64,000 nucleotides of DNA from a virus (taxonomy: Duplodnaviria > Caudoviricetes). The notes under the pieces are model-generated. The model did not search any database. It saw only the letters and a list, made by a program, of their open reading frames with translations, and was not told the origin of the DNA. Shown here piece by piece: positions 19,392 to 29,983 of the stretch. Location of the stretch: IMG/VR virus record IMGVR_UViG_3300026549_000029, positions 32,001 through 96,000 of that record; one strand, written 5' to 3'. The translations under genes and the position numbers were made by a program. The first letter of the stretch is position 1; each line of letters starts with the position of its first letter.

Positions 19392-20537
19392 ATGAGTATT
19401 ATAATTGGTAAATATTGTGGTGTAGCTAGAAGAGATACATATATTTATCCTAAACAGATTGAAGGATATACTACCCCTGAACCTCAGATATTAACTACAG
19501 ATGGTCAGAATTTTACTTTCAAATATACTCCTATTGATTATACAGTTTCTTATAATTTAAATGGTGGAGAATTTGATATAAGTGATAATCCTAGATCTAC
19601 TTATAATATTGAGACTGACTATATTCCTCCTGTACCTCATAAAGAAGGTTATACTTTTATTGGATGGAGTCCTAATGCTATTAAACCTGGATTTACTGGT
19701 AATATGACTTTTACTGCTAATTGGTCTGATAATGCTATTTTATTACCAGGAGCTACATTAAATTCTACAATCAGTGCAGCATATGATAAGACTACTATAA
19801 TGGCAATTAAGATATCCTCTACTAGACCTGATGTTAGTACTATTAATTTATCTAGTACTAATACTCCTATTCAGGCATGGTATTCTAATGGAACTTTATT
19901 CTTCTATAGTACAGTAAATATTTGCTGTAATCAAGATATGTCTTCTGCTTTTGAAGGGTTTGAACTTCTTAGAGATATTGAAGATCTCTCTAGATTTACT
20001 ACTAAGTCTAATATGAAGATTACAAATCTCTTTAAAGATTGTAGATTATTAGGAGATGTATCTGCTGTAGAGGATTGGGCTGATGGAGTATTTTCTGATT
20101 TTACAGATGCTTTTACTAATACTCCTGCATTAGATGCTGGAAGAGTTCCTAGTTGGTATTCTTGGACAGTTGTAGTTCATTATATTTCTTCTACTGGTAG
20201 AACTATTGAGACTGTTAACACTACTTGTATTCCTGGACAGACATTATATGCTAAAAATATTACTGCTTATAATGCTGATACTCAAAGTGTTGTAATTACT
20301 AGTAAAGATCTTGAATATAGCTTAACTTATATACCAGTAAACTATTTAATTAGTTATGATACAGATGGTGGTACTATTCCTTCTTCTGCTAAAACTTCTT
20401 ATACTATAGAAGATGGAGCATATACTCCTCCTGAAGCTGTAAAATCTGGATATAGATTTGTAAAATGGAATCCAGAAAGAATTGAAAATGGTGATTATGG
20501 TAATATAAGATTTATTGCTAACTATGTTTCTGAATAA
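19392..20537 (+). CDS. virion surface protein with InlB B-repeats and BspA/DUF285-like segment
   Basis: YNLNGG...P.KEGYTFIGW; DMSSAFEG..LL.DI..L; YDTDGG...KSGYRF. Confidence 0.7.
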   Translation: MSIIIGKYCGVARRDTYIYPKQIEGYTTPEPQILTTDGQNFTFKYTPIDYTVSYNLNGGEFDISDNPRSTYNIETDYIPPVPHKEGYTFIGWSPNAIKPGFTGNMTFTANWSDNAILLPGATLNSTISAAYDKTTIMAIKISSTRPDVSTINLSSTNTPIQAWYSNGTLFFYSTVNICCNQDMSSAFEGFELLRDIEDLSRFTTKSNMKITNLFKDCRLLGDVSAVEDWADGVFSDFTDAFTNTPALDAGRVPSWYSWTVVVHYISSTGRTIETVNTTCIPGQTLYAKNITAYNADTQSVVITSKDLEYSLTYIPVNYLISYDTDGGTIPSSAKTSYTIEDGAYTPPEAVKSGYRFVKWNPERIENGDYGNIRFIANYVSE

Positions 20538-20548
20538 TATAAGAGAGG

Positions 20549-21727
20549 TTGATAACTATTATGGATAGTAGAGTAGAAACTTTAGTGAGAGCAATTGATA
20601 ATTTACGCAACTTCTCTCATAGACAAGAAGACTTAGTTGCAGTAAAGGATGCTCTTAATTCTATTTTCTTAAAAGATGCTAAATGTGAGAATTTTATCTA
20701 TACTATTAATACAGACAAAGTTCCTTTTGGGTGCATTGTAATGCCTAAGATTCCTTCTGATACTATTAATAATCTTATGATTGTTGGTGATAGTGCTAGA
20801 TTTGATTCTTATGAAGTAGAAATTGATAGTAAAGTATTTGATTATGGTTTAACTAATGAAGATGTAGCAGCTATTATGCTGTATAATATTTATCATTTAA
20901 TTTGTGATTATTCTCCTGCTACTAGAGTAAGAGAAATGATCGATGCTTGGCTTGCAAATAGAGGAACAAATATTATTATTAAAGACTCTATTCAGTTCCA
21001 AGCCATTTTAGCATTTGGTTTATATGATGCAATTAATCAGATTACATCTTGCTTATATTTACCTGATGATGTTACAAATGATCCATTTCTTGATTCTTTA
21101 GAGCTTGATAATTTTGAATCTGCAATACAAAAACTCTATAAAGAAATTCCTGGTTGTGAAAATGAAATAACTAGACAACCTAGATTAAGTATGCTTAACT
21201 GGTGCTTAAGGCTCTATAGTGATGTGGATAAGGAAAGAGTTCCTGCATTACATCTATTAGATAAAGCTAAGAAACTTACTGCTTCTGTATTATATATTAA
21301 TAAAATGAATGCTGTTATTAATGCTCTTAATAGAATTGATACAAGTTTATATACTGAGTCTACTAAATTGTATATAACTGAAGCTAAGAAGAGAGGATTC
21401 TTTGTTGGGCTTAAATATGCAGGTTTACAAGCTATAGAGGATGATTTATACGAATATATTATCAGAGCTAAAAATAGTGAAAGTGAAGAGGATATATTCT
21501 ATTGCTTAAAGCAAATAAATGCTCGTTTGGCATTGATTTCAGATTATATCAGAGAAGAAAGAGAAGCTGGTACTAGTGAGAGAGAATTAGAAAAGTGGAT
21601 AACCTTAAAGATTCAATATATGGAAATTAGAGATAAGCTTGTTAAAAATGCTAATTATAAAAGAAAAGCTAAATATGGAATTTTTATAGATTATGATGCT
21701 TTAGATAAATTAGATGATGAGGAATAA
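20549..21727 (+). CDS. probable virion structural protein
   Basis: 392 aa, helical, in a late operon; YTES/ITEA sites. Confidence 0.5.
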   Translation: MITIMDSRVETLVRAIDNLRNFSHRQEDLVAVKDALNSIFLKDAKCENFIYTINTDKVPFGCIVMPKIPSDTINNLMIVGDSARFDSYEVEIDSKVFDYGLTNEDVAAIMLYNIYHLICDYSPATRVREMIDAWLANRGTNIIIKDSIQFQAILAFGLYDAINQITSCLYLPDDVTNDPFLDSLELDNFESAIQKLYKEIPGCENEITRQPRLSMLNWCLRLYSDVDKERVPALHLLDKAKKLTASVLYINKMNAVINALNRIDTSLYTESTKLYITEAKKRGFFVGLKYAGLQAIEDDLYEYIIRAKNSESEEDIFYCLKQINARLALISDYIREEREAGTSERELEKWITLKIQYMEIRDKLVKNANYKRKAKYGIFIDYDALDKLDDEE

Positions 21728-21824
21728 TTTTATTTATATACAGGTAGGAATAATTTCCTATCTGTATTTTATTTTTTATATTTATTATAACAAATTTATT
21801 AAAATAATAAAAGATAGGTATGAT

Positions 21825-22049
21825 ATGACATTACAAGAGTTTAAAGATCAGAATAAAAATATTCCAGTAGTAACCAAAATTGGAGCTTATGATAAAAATT
21901 ATAAACTTAATGAATTTAGTGCATTTATTATTGTTGATGAAGGAATATTAATCCCAGAAGAGCAAGAATTATCACGTACCATATATGTTAGATTTTTATC
22001 AAAAGAAAAAATTAAAGAAATATATAAAAAATTTATTTTAGAAGAATAG
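21825..22049 (+). CDS. small protein, V(D/E)EG(L/I)LIP paralog family
   Basis: IIVDEGILIP; likely start at MTLQEFK. Confidence 0.6.
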   Translation: MTLQEFKDQNKNIPVVTKIGAYDKNYKLNEFSAFIIVDEGILIPEEQELSRTIYVRFLSKEKIKEIYKKFILEE

Positions 22050-22136
22050 ATAGATATTACAGATAGAGAATTCTCTATCTGTAATATTTTATTTACTATA
22101 CTTTAGTATAATATTTTATATTATAAGGAATTAAAT

Positions 22137-22907
22137 ATGATTATAAAAGAAAAAGATTTGCAATCTATTTTAAATAGATTATCTGAAATTGAAATACAAT
22201 CTAAGTCTAAATATGAATATATTGGAAAAAGAGTTCCTAGAGTAACAGAAATATTATCTGCTATGCTTCATGAAGATTTTTTAATGAAATGGGCTAATAA
22301 TTTAGGATTTAAACATATTTCCTATAGAGCTTTTATGAATGATGCTGCAGATAGGGGAACTTATTCTCATCTTGCTATAGAAAAATATCTTAAACAAGGT
22401 TTTTTAGATTTAGATACTATGAATGAGATTCCTAATGATAAAATTAGAAATACAGTATCTTCTGTTATGACAGGATTTCATTCTTGGTGGATAAATCTTC
22501 ATAAACAATATAAAAATATAGAAATTATATATCTTGAAGCGGCTCTGGTTCATAAATACTTTGCTGGTACTTGTGATTGTTTATTAAAGGTAGATGGTGA
22601 ATATTGGCTTATTGATTTTAAGACTTCTAATCATATGAGTTATAATTATGCTTTACAATTAGCAGCTTATAAATTTCTATTAAAAGAGTTAAAAAATATA
22701 GATATTTCTAAAGCTATGATATTAAGATTAGATAAAGAAAAATCTTGTTACTATACTTATGAATATGATATGAATAATGAGATTCATTTAAATTTCTTCA
22801 ATAATTGTTTACAAACTTTTATGTTATTGACAGCTGGATTTATTATGAGAATGACTACTAAAGAAGAATATGATAAACTTCTTAAAGAAATAACTACAGG
22901 AGAGTAA
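22137..22907 (+). CDS. PD-(D/E)xK (RecB/Cas4-like) exonuclease
   Basis: VPRVTEIL, AADRGT..H, FAGTCD, LIDFKTS, LQLAAY. Confidence 0.88.
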   Translation: MIIKEKDLQSILNRLSEIEIQSKSKYEYIGKRVPRVTEILSAMLHEDFLMKWANNLGFKHISYRAFMNDAADRGTYSHLAIEKYLKQGFLDLDTMNEIPNDKIRNTVSSVMTGFHSWWINLHKQYKNIEIIYLEAALVHKYFAGTCDCLLKVDGEYWLIDFKTSNHMSYNYALQLAAYKFLLKELKNIDISKAMILRLDKEKSCYYTYEYDMNNEIHLNFFNNCLQTFMLLTAGFIMRMTTKEEYDKLLKEITTGE

Positions 22908-22977
22908 AATCTCCTGTAGGGTTTTATTATCAAAAAAACCTCTTTATAAATTAAGTGATATATAATGAGGGTCCATA

Positions 22978-23541
22978 ATGAATAATATATATGTAATATT
23001 ACAATGCTGTGATATTGTAAGAGATCTATATAATGAATTTAATAAACCATTTGGATGGTTTAAATTTAAAGAAAGAAAAGAATATAAAAAATTAAAAGCA
23101 CAATTAATAGAAATGATAGATAATCTTATGTATGATAAATGGACAGTAGATTATCTATTTAATTTAGAAAGAATATTTCTCTTGTATTGGGATAAGTTAG
23201 AAGTATATTCAGAGAAAATATCTATAACTAAAGATACTACATATACTCAAATTATAAATAAATTTATTCCTATTTATTTTTCAGATTTAGAAAATGATAA
23301 GTTATATATATTAGATATAAAACCAGGTAACTCAATTATTTTTTCAATTATGCATACTAAAACTGGAAGAGTATTAGAGATATCTAGTGTTGATATTACT
23401 AATGATTCACAGAGAAAGGTAGAAATACAATGCAAAGAAAAAATAATAGATGTATTAAAAAATTATTTAGATGATATTACTATAAATAAAAATAATCCAA
23501 ATCAAAATATGATAAAAAAGGTAAAAGATATTCAAATCTAA
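22978..23541 (+). CDS. hypothetical protein
   Basis: ORF with RBS. Confidence 0.65.
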   Translation: MNNIYVILQCCDIVRDLYNEFNKPFGWFKFKERKEYKKLKAQLIEMIDNLMYDKWTVDYLFNLERIFLLYWDKLEVYSEKISITKDTTYTQIINKFIPIYFSDLENDKLYILDIKPGNSIIFSIMHTKTGRVLEISSVDITNDSQRKVEIQCKEKIIDVLKNYLDDITINKNNPNQNMIKKVKDIQI

Positions 23542-23636
23542 GGTATCAACTTAGAGTGAATACCTTAAGTATTATCAATCATATTGATAATACTTATATA
23601 AAAAATGCTACTTTTTAAAAAGGAGAGTTTGTTAAA

Positions 23637-24062
23637 ATGGAAACTATCACCTTTAGTGAAGCTTTAGAGAAATTAGGTTGTAGTAGAAAAACTATATTAA
23701 GTTTAATAGATGAAGGATCTCTATATGCTTTTAAAGATGGTAAGTCATGGAAAGTATCCAAACAAAGTTTAGATAATTTAATTGTTACAAATACAGAATA
23801 TACTAAGATAAAAAAGAGAATTAAAGATAGTATAAATTTTAGTATTAAAAAATATTCCAGTCTTCCTGATAATAAAAAATTTTGGAAGAAACAAGATATA
23901 AAAATAGATTGGGATTCTGCTTTAAAACAAGCTACAGATAGATTTTATAAAGAAAAAACAATAGATAGTGCTATATATTTACAAGAAGTGCAAAGACTAT
24001 ATAAAAGAGATGATATTAATGGTTATTTAGAATTATTAGAAAGAGGTTATGTAAAATGTTAG
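23637..24062 (+). CDS. excisionase/HTH_17-type DNA-binding protein
   Basis: TFSEALEKLGCSRKTILSLIDEGSLYAFKDGKSWKV. Confidence 0.85.
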   Translation: METITFSEALEKLGCSRKTILSLIDEGSLYAFKDGKSWKVSKQSLDNLIVTNTEYTKIKKRIKDSINFSIKKYSSLPDNKKFWKKQDIKIDWDSALKQATDRFYKEKTIDSAIYLQEVQRLYKRDDINGYLELLERGYVKC

Positions 24063-24301
24063 ATAATCCCAAAAGTTATAAAGATTTAGATGAAGTAAAG
24101 AATGAAACGGTATATATTACTAGAAGATTTACTCATGGAGATTCTAATTATATCTATAAACCAATGATAGTAGAAGAAGGTTTATTAGTTCCTTTTATTT
24201 ACTATTCTGGTTTTGATAATAAAATTGCATATCTTCTTATTGAAAAATCTATAATAAAAGAAGCAATTAATTTAGTTAAAGATTTAGATGATGGGAGATA
24301 A
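24056..24301 (+). CDS. small protein, VEEGLL(V/I)P paralog family
   Basis: IVEEGLLVPFIY...LIEKSIIKEAINLVK. Confidence 0.7.
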   Translation: MLDNPKSYKDLDEVKNETVYITRRFTHGDSNYIYKPMIVEEGLLVPFIYYSGFDNKIAYLLIEKSIIKEAINLVKDLDDGR

Positions 24302-24307
24302 TTAATA

Positions 24308-24613
24308 ATGGATAAACTTATAAGCAAATCTGAAAAAGAAGCTGGTTTTGAAATTCCTGCTCCTTTTGTACAAAAATTTAAAGAATATAAAAATGTAAAA
24401 GTTATAGATAATTTTAGAGCTCCTAGTAAAACGTGTGGAATTGTAACTGCTCAACCTACTGTAGTAGAAGAAGGTTTACTAATTCCAATTATATATACTC
24501 ATTTTGATAATTATAAAAAACGTGCAGAAGATTTATTATACTATATGATTATTAAAAAAGATGTATTAAAAGATGCATTAAATTTAATTAAGGAATATGA
24601 TGATGATAAATAA
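24308..24613 (+). CDS. small protein, VEEGLL(V/I)P paralog family
   Basis: VVEEGLLIPIIY...IIKKDVLKDALNLIK. Confidence 0.7.
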   Translation: MDKLISKSEKEAGFEIPAPFVQKFKEYKNVKVIDNFRAPSKTCGIVTAQPTVVEEGLLIPIIYTHFDNYKKRAEDLLYYMIIKKDVLKDALNLIKEYDDDK

Positions 24614-25760
24614 TATTAATCCAAATCTATTATATGATAATTATATTTTTAATAATACAACTATCATATCAGCTCATATATCAGATTTACATTTTCCAGT
24701 AATGGACCCATATAAACAATATTCTATATTAGAAGATCAGTTTATAAAGAAGATAGAAGTTATGCCTAGATTGGATTTAATCTGTATCAATGGAGATCTT
24801 TATGATCATAAAGTAATGACAGCTTCTGATGCTACTTTATATGCTTCTATGTTTATAGCTAGATTAGTAGAGATTGCTAAAATGAAAAATGCTACATTAA
24901 TCATTCTTCAAGGTACTATTTCTCATGATGCTAATCAGTTAAAAATATATTATCACTATATGCAGAGAACTGATGTAGATGTTAGAATAGTAACTAATAT
25001 CAGATTTGAAATGGTAAAAGGAATAAGAATTCTTTGTATACCAGAATTATATGGTATAGACGAAGATTATTATCAAAAGATATTATTTCATTCTGATTTT
25101 TATGATTTTTGTATAATGCATGGTACTATTAAAGGTGCTGTATATGGAGATAATGTAGGACAAGGAAGATTATTTACAATAGAAGATTTTTTAAATTGTA
25201 AAGGACCTATTATTTCTGGTCATATACATAAAGCTGATACTTTTTATGATCATTTTTATTATTGCGGGTCTCCTTATAGATGGAGATTTGATGATGACTG
25301 TTTTAAGGGATTCATATTAATGTCTTATAATTCTATGTCAAGGAAGTATTTCCTTGACTATGAAGAAATAATTTCTGATAATTATAAAACTATCACTTTA
25401 TCAGAATTAGTTAATAATAATCCTATAGATACTATAAACTATATCAGAGATCTTAAACAAAATCAAGGTATAGATTATATTAGAGTAAAGTTTGATAATC
25501 TTTTATCTCCTGCTAATAGAATGGTTATTAATAATACTTTTAGAAATGATGATACCGTAACTTTAGAATTTTTCTCACCTGAAAGAGAAATAGCTAGACA
25601 GGCAGAAGAAAAGATTAAAGAAGATAATGAAAAATTTTCATTTTTGTTAGATCCTAGATTGACAGATGAACAGAAATTTGTTATGTGGGTTAATCATCTA
25701 AAAAATGATGAAAAGTATCTTACTATAGAGGAACTTGAAAGTATTTTAAGAGAGGGGTAA
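24600..25760 (+). CDS. SbcD/Mre11-like metallophosphoesterase nuclease
   Basis: SDLH, GDLYD, GTISHD, MHG, GHIH, YCGSP. Confidence 0.9.
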   Translation: MMINNINPNLLYDNYIFNNTTIISAHISDLHFPVMDPYKQYSILEDQFIKKIEVMPRLDLICINGDLYDHKVMTASDATLYASMFIARLVEIAKMKNATLIILQGTISHDANQLKIYYHYMQRTDVDVRIVTNIRFEMVKGIRILCIPELYGIDEDYYQKILFHSDFYDFCIMHGTIKGAVYGDNVGQGRLFTIEDFLNCKGPIISGHIHKADTFYDHFYYCGSPYRWRFDDDCFKGFILMSYNSMSRKYFLDYEEIISDNYKTITLSELVNNNPIDTINYIRDLKQNQGIDYIRVKFDNLLSPANRMVINNTFRNDDTVTLEFFSPEREIARQAEEKIKEDNEKFSFLLDPRLTDEQKFVMWVNHLKNDEKYLTIEELESILREG

Positions 25761-25766
25761 TTACAA

Positions 25767-26276
25767 ATGGGTATATTTACTCCCAAATCTAAATTTATGA
25801 AAATGATGAAAACTACTTTAAATACTAATAAGTATTTCATAGAGAATAAAAAAGAGGAAGATAAAATGGCAGAATACTCTACAATTAAATTAAATGATAC
25901 ATGTAATAGTTATATGACTAATACTATAACTGATAAATTTGAAGAGTTAAATGATAAATATGATGAATGTATCTCTTTCTCTGAACAACAAATTAAATTG
26001 AATAAACAGTTAAAGAATAATTGTGATAGATTTAATAAAAATTTGAGAAAGAATACTGATGATATTGTTATACATATTGATAGAACTTATGATAAGTTAT
26101 ATGAAGTTCTTGATAATCAGTATCGACAGGAATTAATTGAAATTAGGTATGCTTCTCAGTATAAAGATGAGATTCTTAATGAAATAAGAAATATTAAGAA
26201 AACTGTATATTTCTTTATGAAAATATATGGAGTATTATTACTTGCTACTTTTCTTTCAATATGTTTTTTAAGATAA
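25767..26276 (+). CDS. coiled-coil protein with C-terminal TM anchor
   Basis: Heptad-like body; IYGVLLLATFLSICF at the extreme C-terminus. Confidence 0.7.
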   Translation: MGIFTPKSKFMKMMKTTLNTNKYFIENKKEEDKMAEYSTIKLNDTCNSYMTNTITDKFEELNDKYDECISFSEQQIKLNKQLKNNCDRFNKNLRKNTDDIVIHIDRTYDKLYEVLDNQYRQELIEIRYASQYKDEILNEIRNIKKTVYFFMKIYGVLLLATFLSICFLR

Positions 26277-26298
26277 ATTAGAATAAGAGGTATATATT

Positions 26299-26607
26299 AT
26301 GAATAATACATATGGTGATTTATTATCTATTACTGAAGATGAAGAGAAAAAAGATAATGATAATAGGCAACTTAAATCAAGTATGGAAGATATTATGATT
26401 GATCTTCATAATAATTGTGAATTTATAGGTGGTAAACTTGCAAATATCACAGAATTAATTAAGACTACTGCTGATGAAGAGATAAAAGCTTCTACTAAAA
26501 ACTATAGAAAAGCTTATGATACTCTTATGAAAGTTGCTATTATTATTGGCGTTACTAATATAACTATCATTATATTACTTGCATCATTGCTTATCAATCA
26601 AATTTAA
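26299..26607 (+). CDS. coiled-coil protein with C-terminal TM anchor
   Basis: VAIIIGVTNITIIILLASLLI at the C-terminus. Confidence 0.7.
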   Translation: MNNTYGDLLSITEDEEKKDNDNRQLKSSMEDIMIDLHNNCEFIGGKLANITELIKTTADEEIKASTKNYRKAYDTLMKVAIIIGVTNITIIILLASLLINQI

Positions 26608-26630
26608 AATATATATTGGAGGAAATATAA

Positions 26631-27143
26631 ATGAATGAAGAAATTAAAAATGAAGTCAGCACAAATGAAGAAATGTCTACAAATAATCAGCAAGAAGAAT
26701 CAGATAATAATATTTACACCGATGGAACTTTGAATCTTAATATGTCTGGTATTGGTAATGCATCTGATTCTGATATTGTTGATGCACATGGAAAACATAT
26801 TGGTGATGATGAGGAAAATATTCCAGATACTCCTAGTTTTAGTGATGGTTTATCTGGAGAAGCAGATACTATCGATGATTATCCGAATCAAAATACTACC
26901 AATTTTCCCAATTATATGGAGCTTTTTAATACATATAAACAACTTTTTGAAAATCTTACTGATGATGTAGAAAATATTAATAAAAAAATTAATAGAATTA
27001 CAGAAGTTATAGATAAGGATAATAAAGAAACTAATGCCGCTATTAAAGCTACTCAGATTTATTCTAAATTATTTACTAAACTTAGTATGGGCATTAATAT
27101 AATTCTTATTATTCTTATCATTATTTTATTTATTATTAAATAA
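26631..27143 (+). CDS. acidic plus coiled-coil protein with C-terminal TM anchor
   Basis: Acidic N-half; FENLTDDVENINKKINRI; GINIILIILIIILFII. Confidence 0.7.
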   Translation: MNEEIKNEVSTNEEMSTNNQQEESDNNIYTDGTLNLNMSGIGNASDSDIVDAHGKHIGDDEENIPDTPSFSDGLSGEADTIDDYPNQNTTNFPNYMELFNTYKQLFENLTDDVENINKKINRITEVIDKDNKETNAAIKATQIYSKLFTKLSMGINIILIILIIILFIIK

Positions 27144-27160
27144 TAAGGGAAAATAATAAT

Positions 27161-27505
27161 ATGAGATTTGTTGCTATAGAATATAAAGATGGTAATAATA
27201 ATACTGATGTGAAAGGCTATTTAAGAATACCTGATAATATGCCACCTAATTGGGCTAATGGATATAGAAAATATTTAAAAGATGTAAAAAAAGTAAAAGA
27301 TTCTATTGATATTTATCCTTTGAATATTCATCTTAATAGTGATACTATGGGTAAACCCCCTACTGGATATGTAAATCTTGAAGATGATTTTAATCTTGCT
27401 TTAAGATCTACTAAGTATTATCCTATAGTACCTTATGAAGCTACTAGAAGAGCTTGGTCTATGATGGACCCAATGAGTCCTGACTTTGTTCCAAAAGAGA
27501 GGTAA
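27161..27505 (+). CDS. hypothetical protein
   Basis: ORF with RBS. Confidence 0.65.
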   Translation: MRFVAIEYKDGNNNTDVKGYLRIPDNMPPNWANGYRKYLKDVKKVKDSIDIYPLNIHLNSDTMGKPPTGYVNLEDDFNLALRSTKYYPIVPYEATRRAWSMMDPMSPDFVPKER

Positions 27506-27572
27506 ATAGAATATTATATTTATCTTAACTATCTTATACTTTTTGATATAAAAGAGAGATGGTATTTTAATT

Positions 27573-29462
27573 ATGAATATTAGACGAGCATCTAATTATA
27601 AAAATCTTGAAAATAAAAAAGAGAAATTAACTCAATTATTTGATATAAAAACTTTGGATTTATACTGTAGATATATTATATCTAGAAATTCTAATATTAA
27701 AATGTCAAGTTTAATATTAGTAAAAAATTTATTTGATAAGGTATTAATTTCAGATTATGGAAGTGATACTGAAAGAGTAAAAAGAATTAATTTTATTAAA
27801 AAGGGTTTAGAAGCTAGAGTTGATAAACATCTTAAAGATAAAGATTTAATTATACAATATATAAATGGTGGTATTGGAGCAGAAGATTTATTAGATACAT
27901 CTGGATATGAAGAAATATCTGATGATGAATTAGCTTATATAAATAATGAATCTTGTTCCTTATCAGAAACATATTTTGTAGATGGAGATTTTAATGAAAT
28001 TGTAAGATTAGCTACAGATTTGCATAATAATACTGGAGTTAATAGAGCAAATACAATAAATGAAATTAAATATTTAATTCAAAAATTAAATTCTGGTTTT
28101 AATAAATTTGAAAGTGGTAAAAATATTGAATCAGAATTTAGTTTATATGATGATACTTTTGATAATACTTTTAGAGATATATTTTCAAAAGAGACTAGTC
28201 CATCTAGAATATTAAAAACAGGGTTATCTGGATTGAATCAAATGTTAAATGGTGGGTTTCAATCTGGTAGAGTATATATATTCTTTGGAACTGCTGCTAC
28301 TGGTAAATCATTCTTTGTATTGGATATAGCAATGCAGATTTCAAAATATAATTATATGTATAAAACTAAAGATCCAACCAAACAACCTTGTGTAATAATA
28401 TTAACGATGGAAAACTCTGTAAGAGAAAATGTGTCCAGAATGTTTACTATGATTACTGGTGAAGTAATGGCTGAACATACTCAATATGATGAAGCCAATA
28501 TGTTATTTAAAAATGCACTTGAAGCATATTCCGGACACAGAGAAGTAGATTTATTTATGGAATATCAACCTAATTTATCTCAGTCAACAAATTATTTATA
28601 TGCCCTTGTAGATAAAGTAAAATCTCAAAATAAAGAACCGATATGTATTATTATAGATCATATTAAAAGAATAAGATCTATAGATCCTGCGAAAGATATG
28701 AGATTAGATTTAGGTAATATAGTAAATGAATTTAAAGCATTTGCAAATATTCAAGATATTCCTATTATAACAATATCCCACTTAAATAGAGAAGCTGCAA
28801 AGAATATTGGTGAGAATAAAAATAAAAAAGATATTATCAGAAGTCTAGGGGTAAATAATGTTTCAGATTCATTATTGATGATAGATAACTGTGATATTGG
28901 TGTTATTTTAAATAAAGAAACTGATTCTAAAGGAAATTATTATATGGGATTTAGTTCTATTAAATCAAGAACTAAATGTGATGTTGAATTATTCTTTCAA
29001 CCATTTATGGAACATCATGGTCTTAAACTTATTGAGGATGCATATAGTCAATATCCTGCTTATAGATGGACTCTTATTGATAAAGAAGCAGGACCTTTAA
29101 GGATTAATAATAATGATTATGTAAAAACAGCTTCAAGGAGAATAGATGATGATGAGGATATGTTTTCAAGTAATAATATTGCTAGAGATGATAGTATTAC
29201 TATAGAAGATATAGATAATTCAAATGTTGTTGGATTACAAGTACAACCTCAGATTCAGCAACCTCAGCCATATAATAATTTTGAAATTCAACAACCAATA
29301 TTAGATTTACAACCATTACCAATACCAACAGAAGAAATGACAACCTGGGAACAAGAACTAGTTAATTTAAAATATAATACAGATGCTGTAGCAGTATTTA
29401 GTATATTGAATGATGATGGTATTGTTATTGGTGATAGTGTTGAAATGTTTACTGCTGAGTAA
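27573..29462 (+). CDS. dnaB: DnaB-like (SF4) replicative helicase
   Basis: KTGL..LN.ML.GG, GTAATGKS, LTMEN, IIIDHI, ISHLNR. Confidence 0.9.
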   Translation: MNIRRASNYKNLENKKEKLTQLFDIKTLDLYCRYIISRNSNIKMSSLILVKNLFDKVLISDYGSDTERVKRINFIKKGLEARVDKHLKDKDLIIQYINGGIGAEDLLDTSGYEEISDDELAYINNESCSLSETYFVDGDFNEIVRLATDLHNNTGVNRANTINEIKYLIQKLNSGFNKFESGKNIESEFSLYDDTFDNTFRDIFSKETSPSRILKTGLSGLNQMLNGGFQSGRVYIFFGTAATGKSFFVLDIAMQISKYNYMYKTKDPTKQPCVIILTMENSVRENVSRMFTMITGEVMAEHTQYDEANMLFKNALEAYSGHREVDLFMEYQPNLSQSTNYLYALVDKVKSQNKEPICIIIDHIKRIRSIDPAKDMRLDLGNIVNEFKAFANIQDIPIITISHLNREAAKNIGENKNKKDIIRSLGVNNVSDSLLMIDNCDIGVILNKETDSKGNYYMGFSSIKSRTKCDVELFFQPFMEHHGLKLIEDAYSQYPAYRWTLIDKEAGPLRINNNDYVKTASRRIDDDEDMFSSNNIARDDSITIEDIDNSNVVGLQVQPQIQQPQPYNNFEIQQPILDLQPLPIPTEEMTTWEQELVNLKYNTDAVAVFSILNDDGIVIGDSVEMFTAE

Positions 29463-29468
29463 AAATAA

Positions 29469-29499
29469 ATACAGTGGTAGGATATTCCTACCACTGTAT
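29469..29499. terminator. bidirectional terminator
   Basis: ATACAGTGGTAGGA/TCCTACCACTGTAT between convergent genes. Confidence 0.8.
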
Positions 29500-29512
29500 A
29501 TTCTATTTATTT

Positions 29513-29983
29513 TTATTCTGTCCAGATATTATTTCCATCGTTATTTTTAAAGTCTTTCTTTAATTTGGATTTATTTTTATTTATATAATCCTCATTAATA
29601 GCACCTATTCTATTAATGATAGTAGTTAATTCATTATATCTTAATACTCTTATTTTATTATAATCAAACTCTTTAGGATCTATAATACCATTAAGCATCA
29701 TTATAATAAAAGCCATTTCTCTAGTACCATATAAATCATAAGCAAATAAGTATGGCTTATATTTATATCTAATTCTTTCCACATCTGTTAATTTTATAAA
29801 TACAGATAAATCCCTTAATTCTTCTTCATAATCATACAAGACATTTGTGATGAACATATCATAACCATTCAAGTATTCTACTATAGAAAAATTATAGTAA
29901 GTAATTTCATCTGAATTTCTCATAGCAATAAAATCTTGAACAGTGATAGTTTCATCAGACTTCATTGTTGTATATGTAGCCAT
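29513..29983 (-). CDS. baseplate wedge protein (gp53/LysM-like)
   Basis: YKPYLFAYDLYGT....FIIMMLNGI.DP. Confidence 0.7.
   Translation of the reverse strand: MATYTTMKSDETITVQDFIAMRNSDEITYYNFSIVEYLNGYDMFITNVLYDYEEELRDLSVFIKLTDVERIRYKYKPYLFAYDLYGTREMAFIIMMLNGIIDPKEFDYNKIRVLRYNELTTIINRIGAINEDYINKNKSKLKKDFKNNDGNNIWTE

Noticed and set aside
22137-22907. Cas4 or CRISPR association
   Set aside because: Lacks the four-Cys Fe-S cluster pattern; an ordinary phage PD-(D/E)xK exonuclease; no array nearby
25767-25800. MGIF start as another member of the leader family
   Set aside because: No Glu cleavage-like site follows closely, the protein is membrane-anchored in a DNA-metabolism operon, and its true start may be the downstream MAEY
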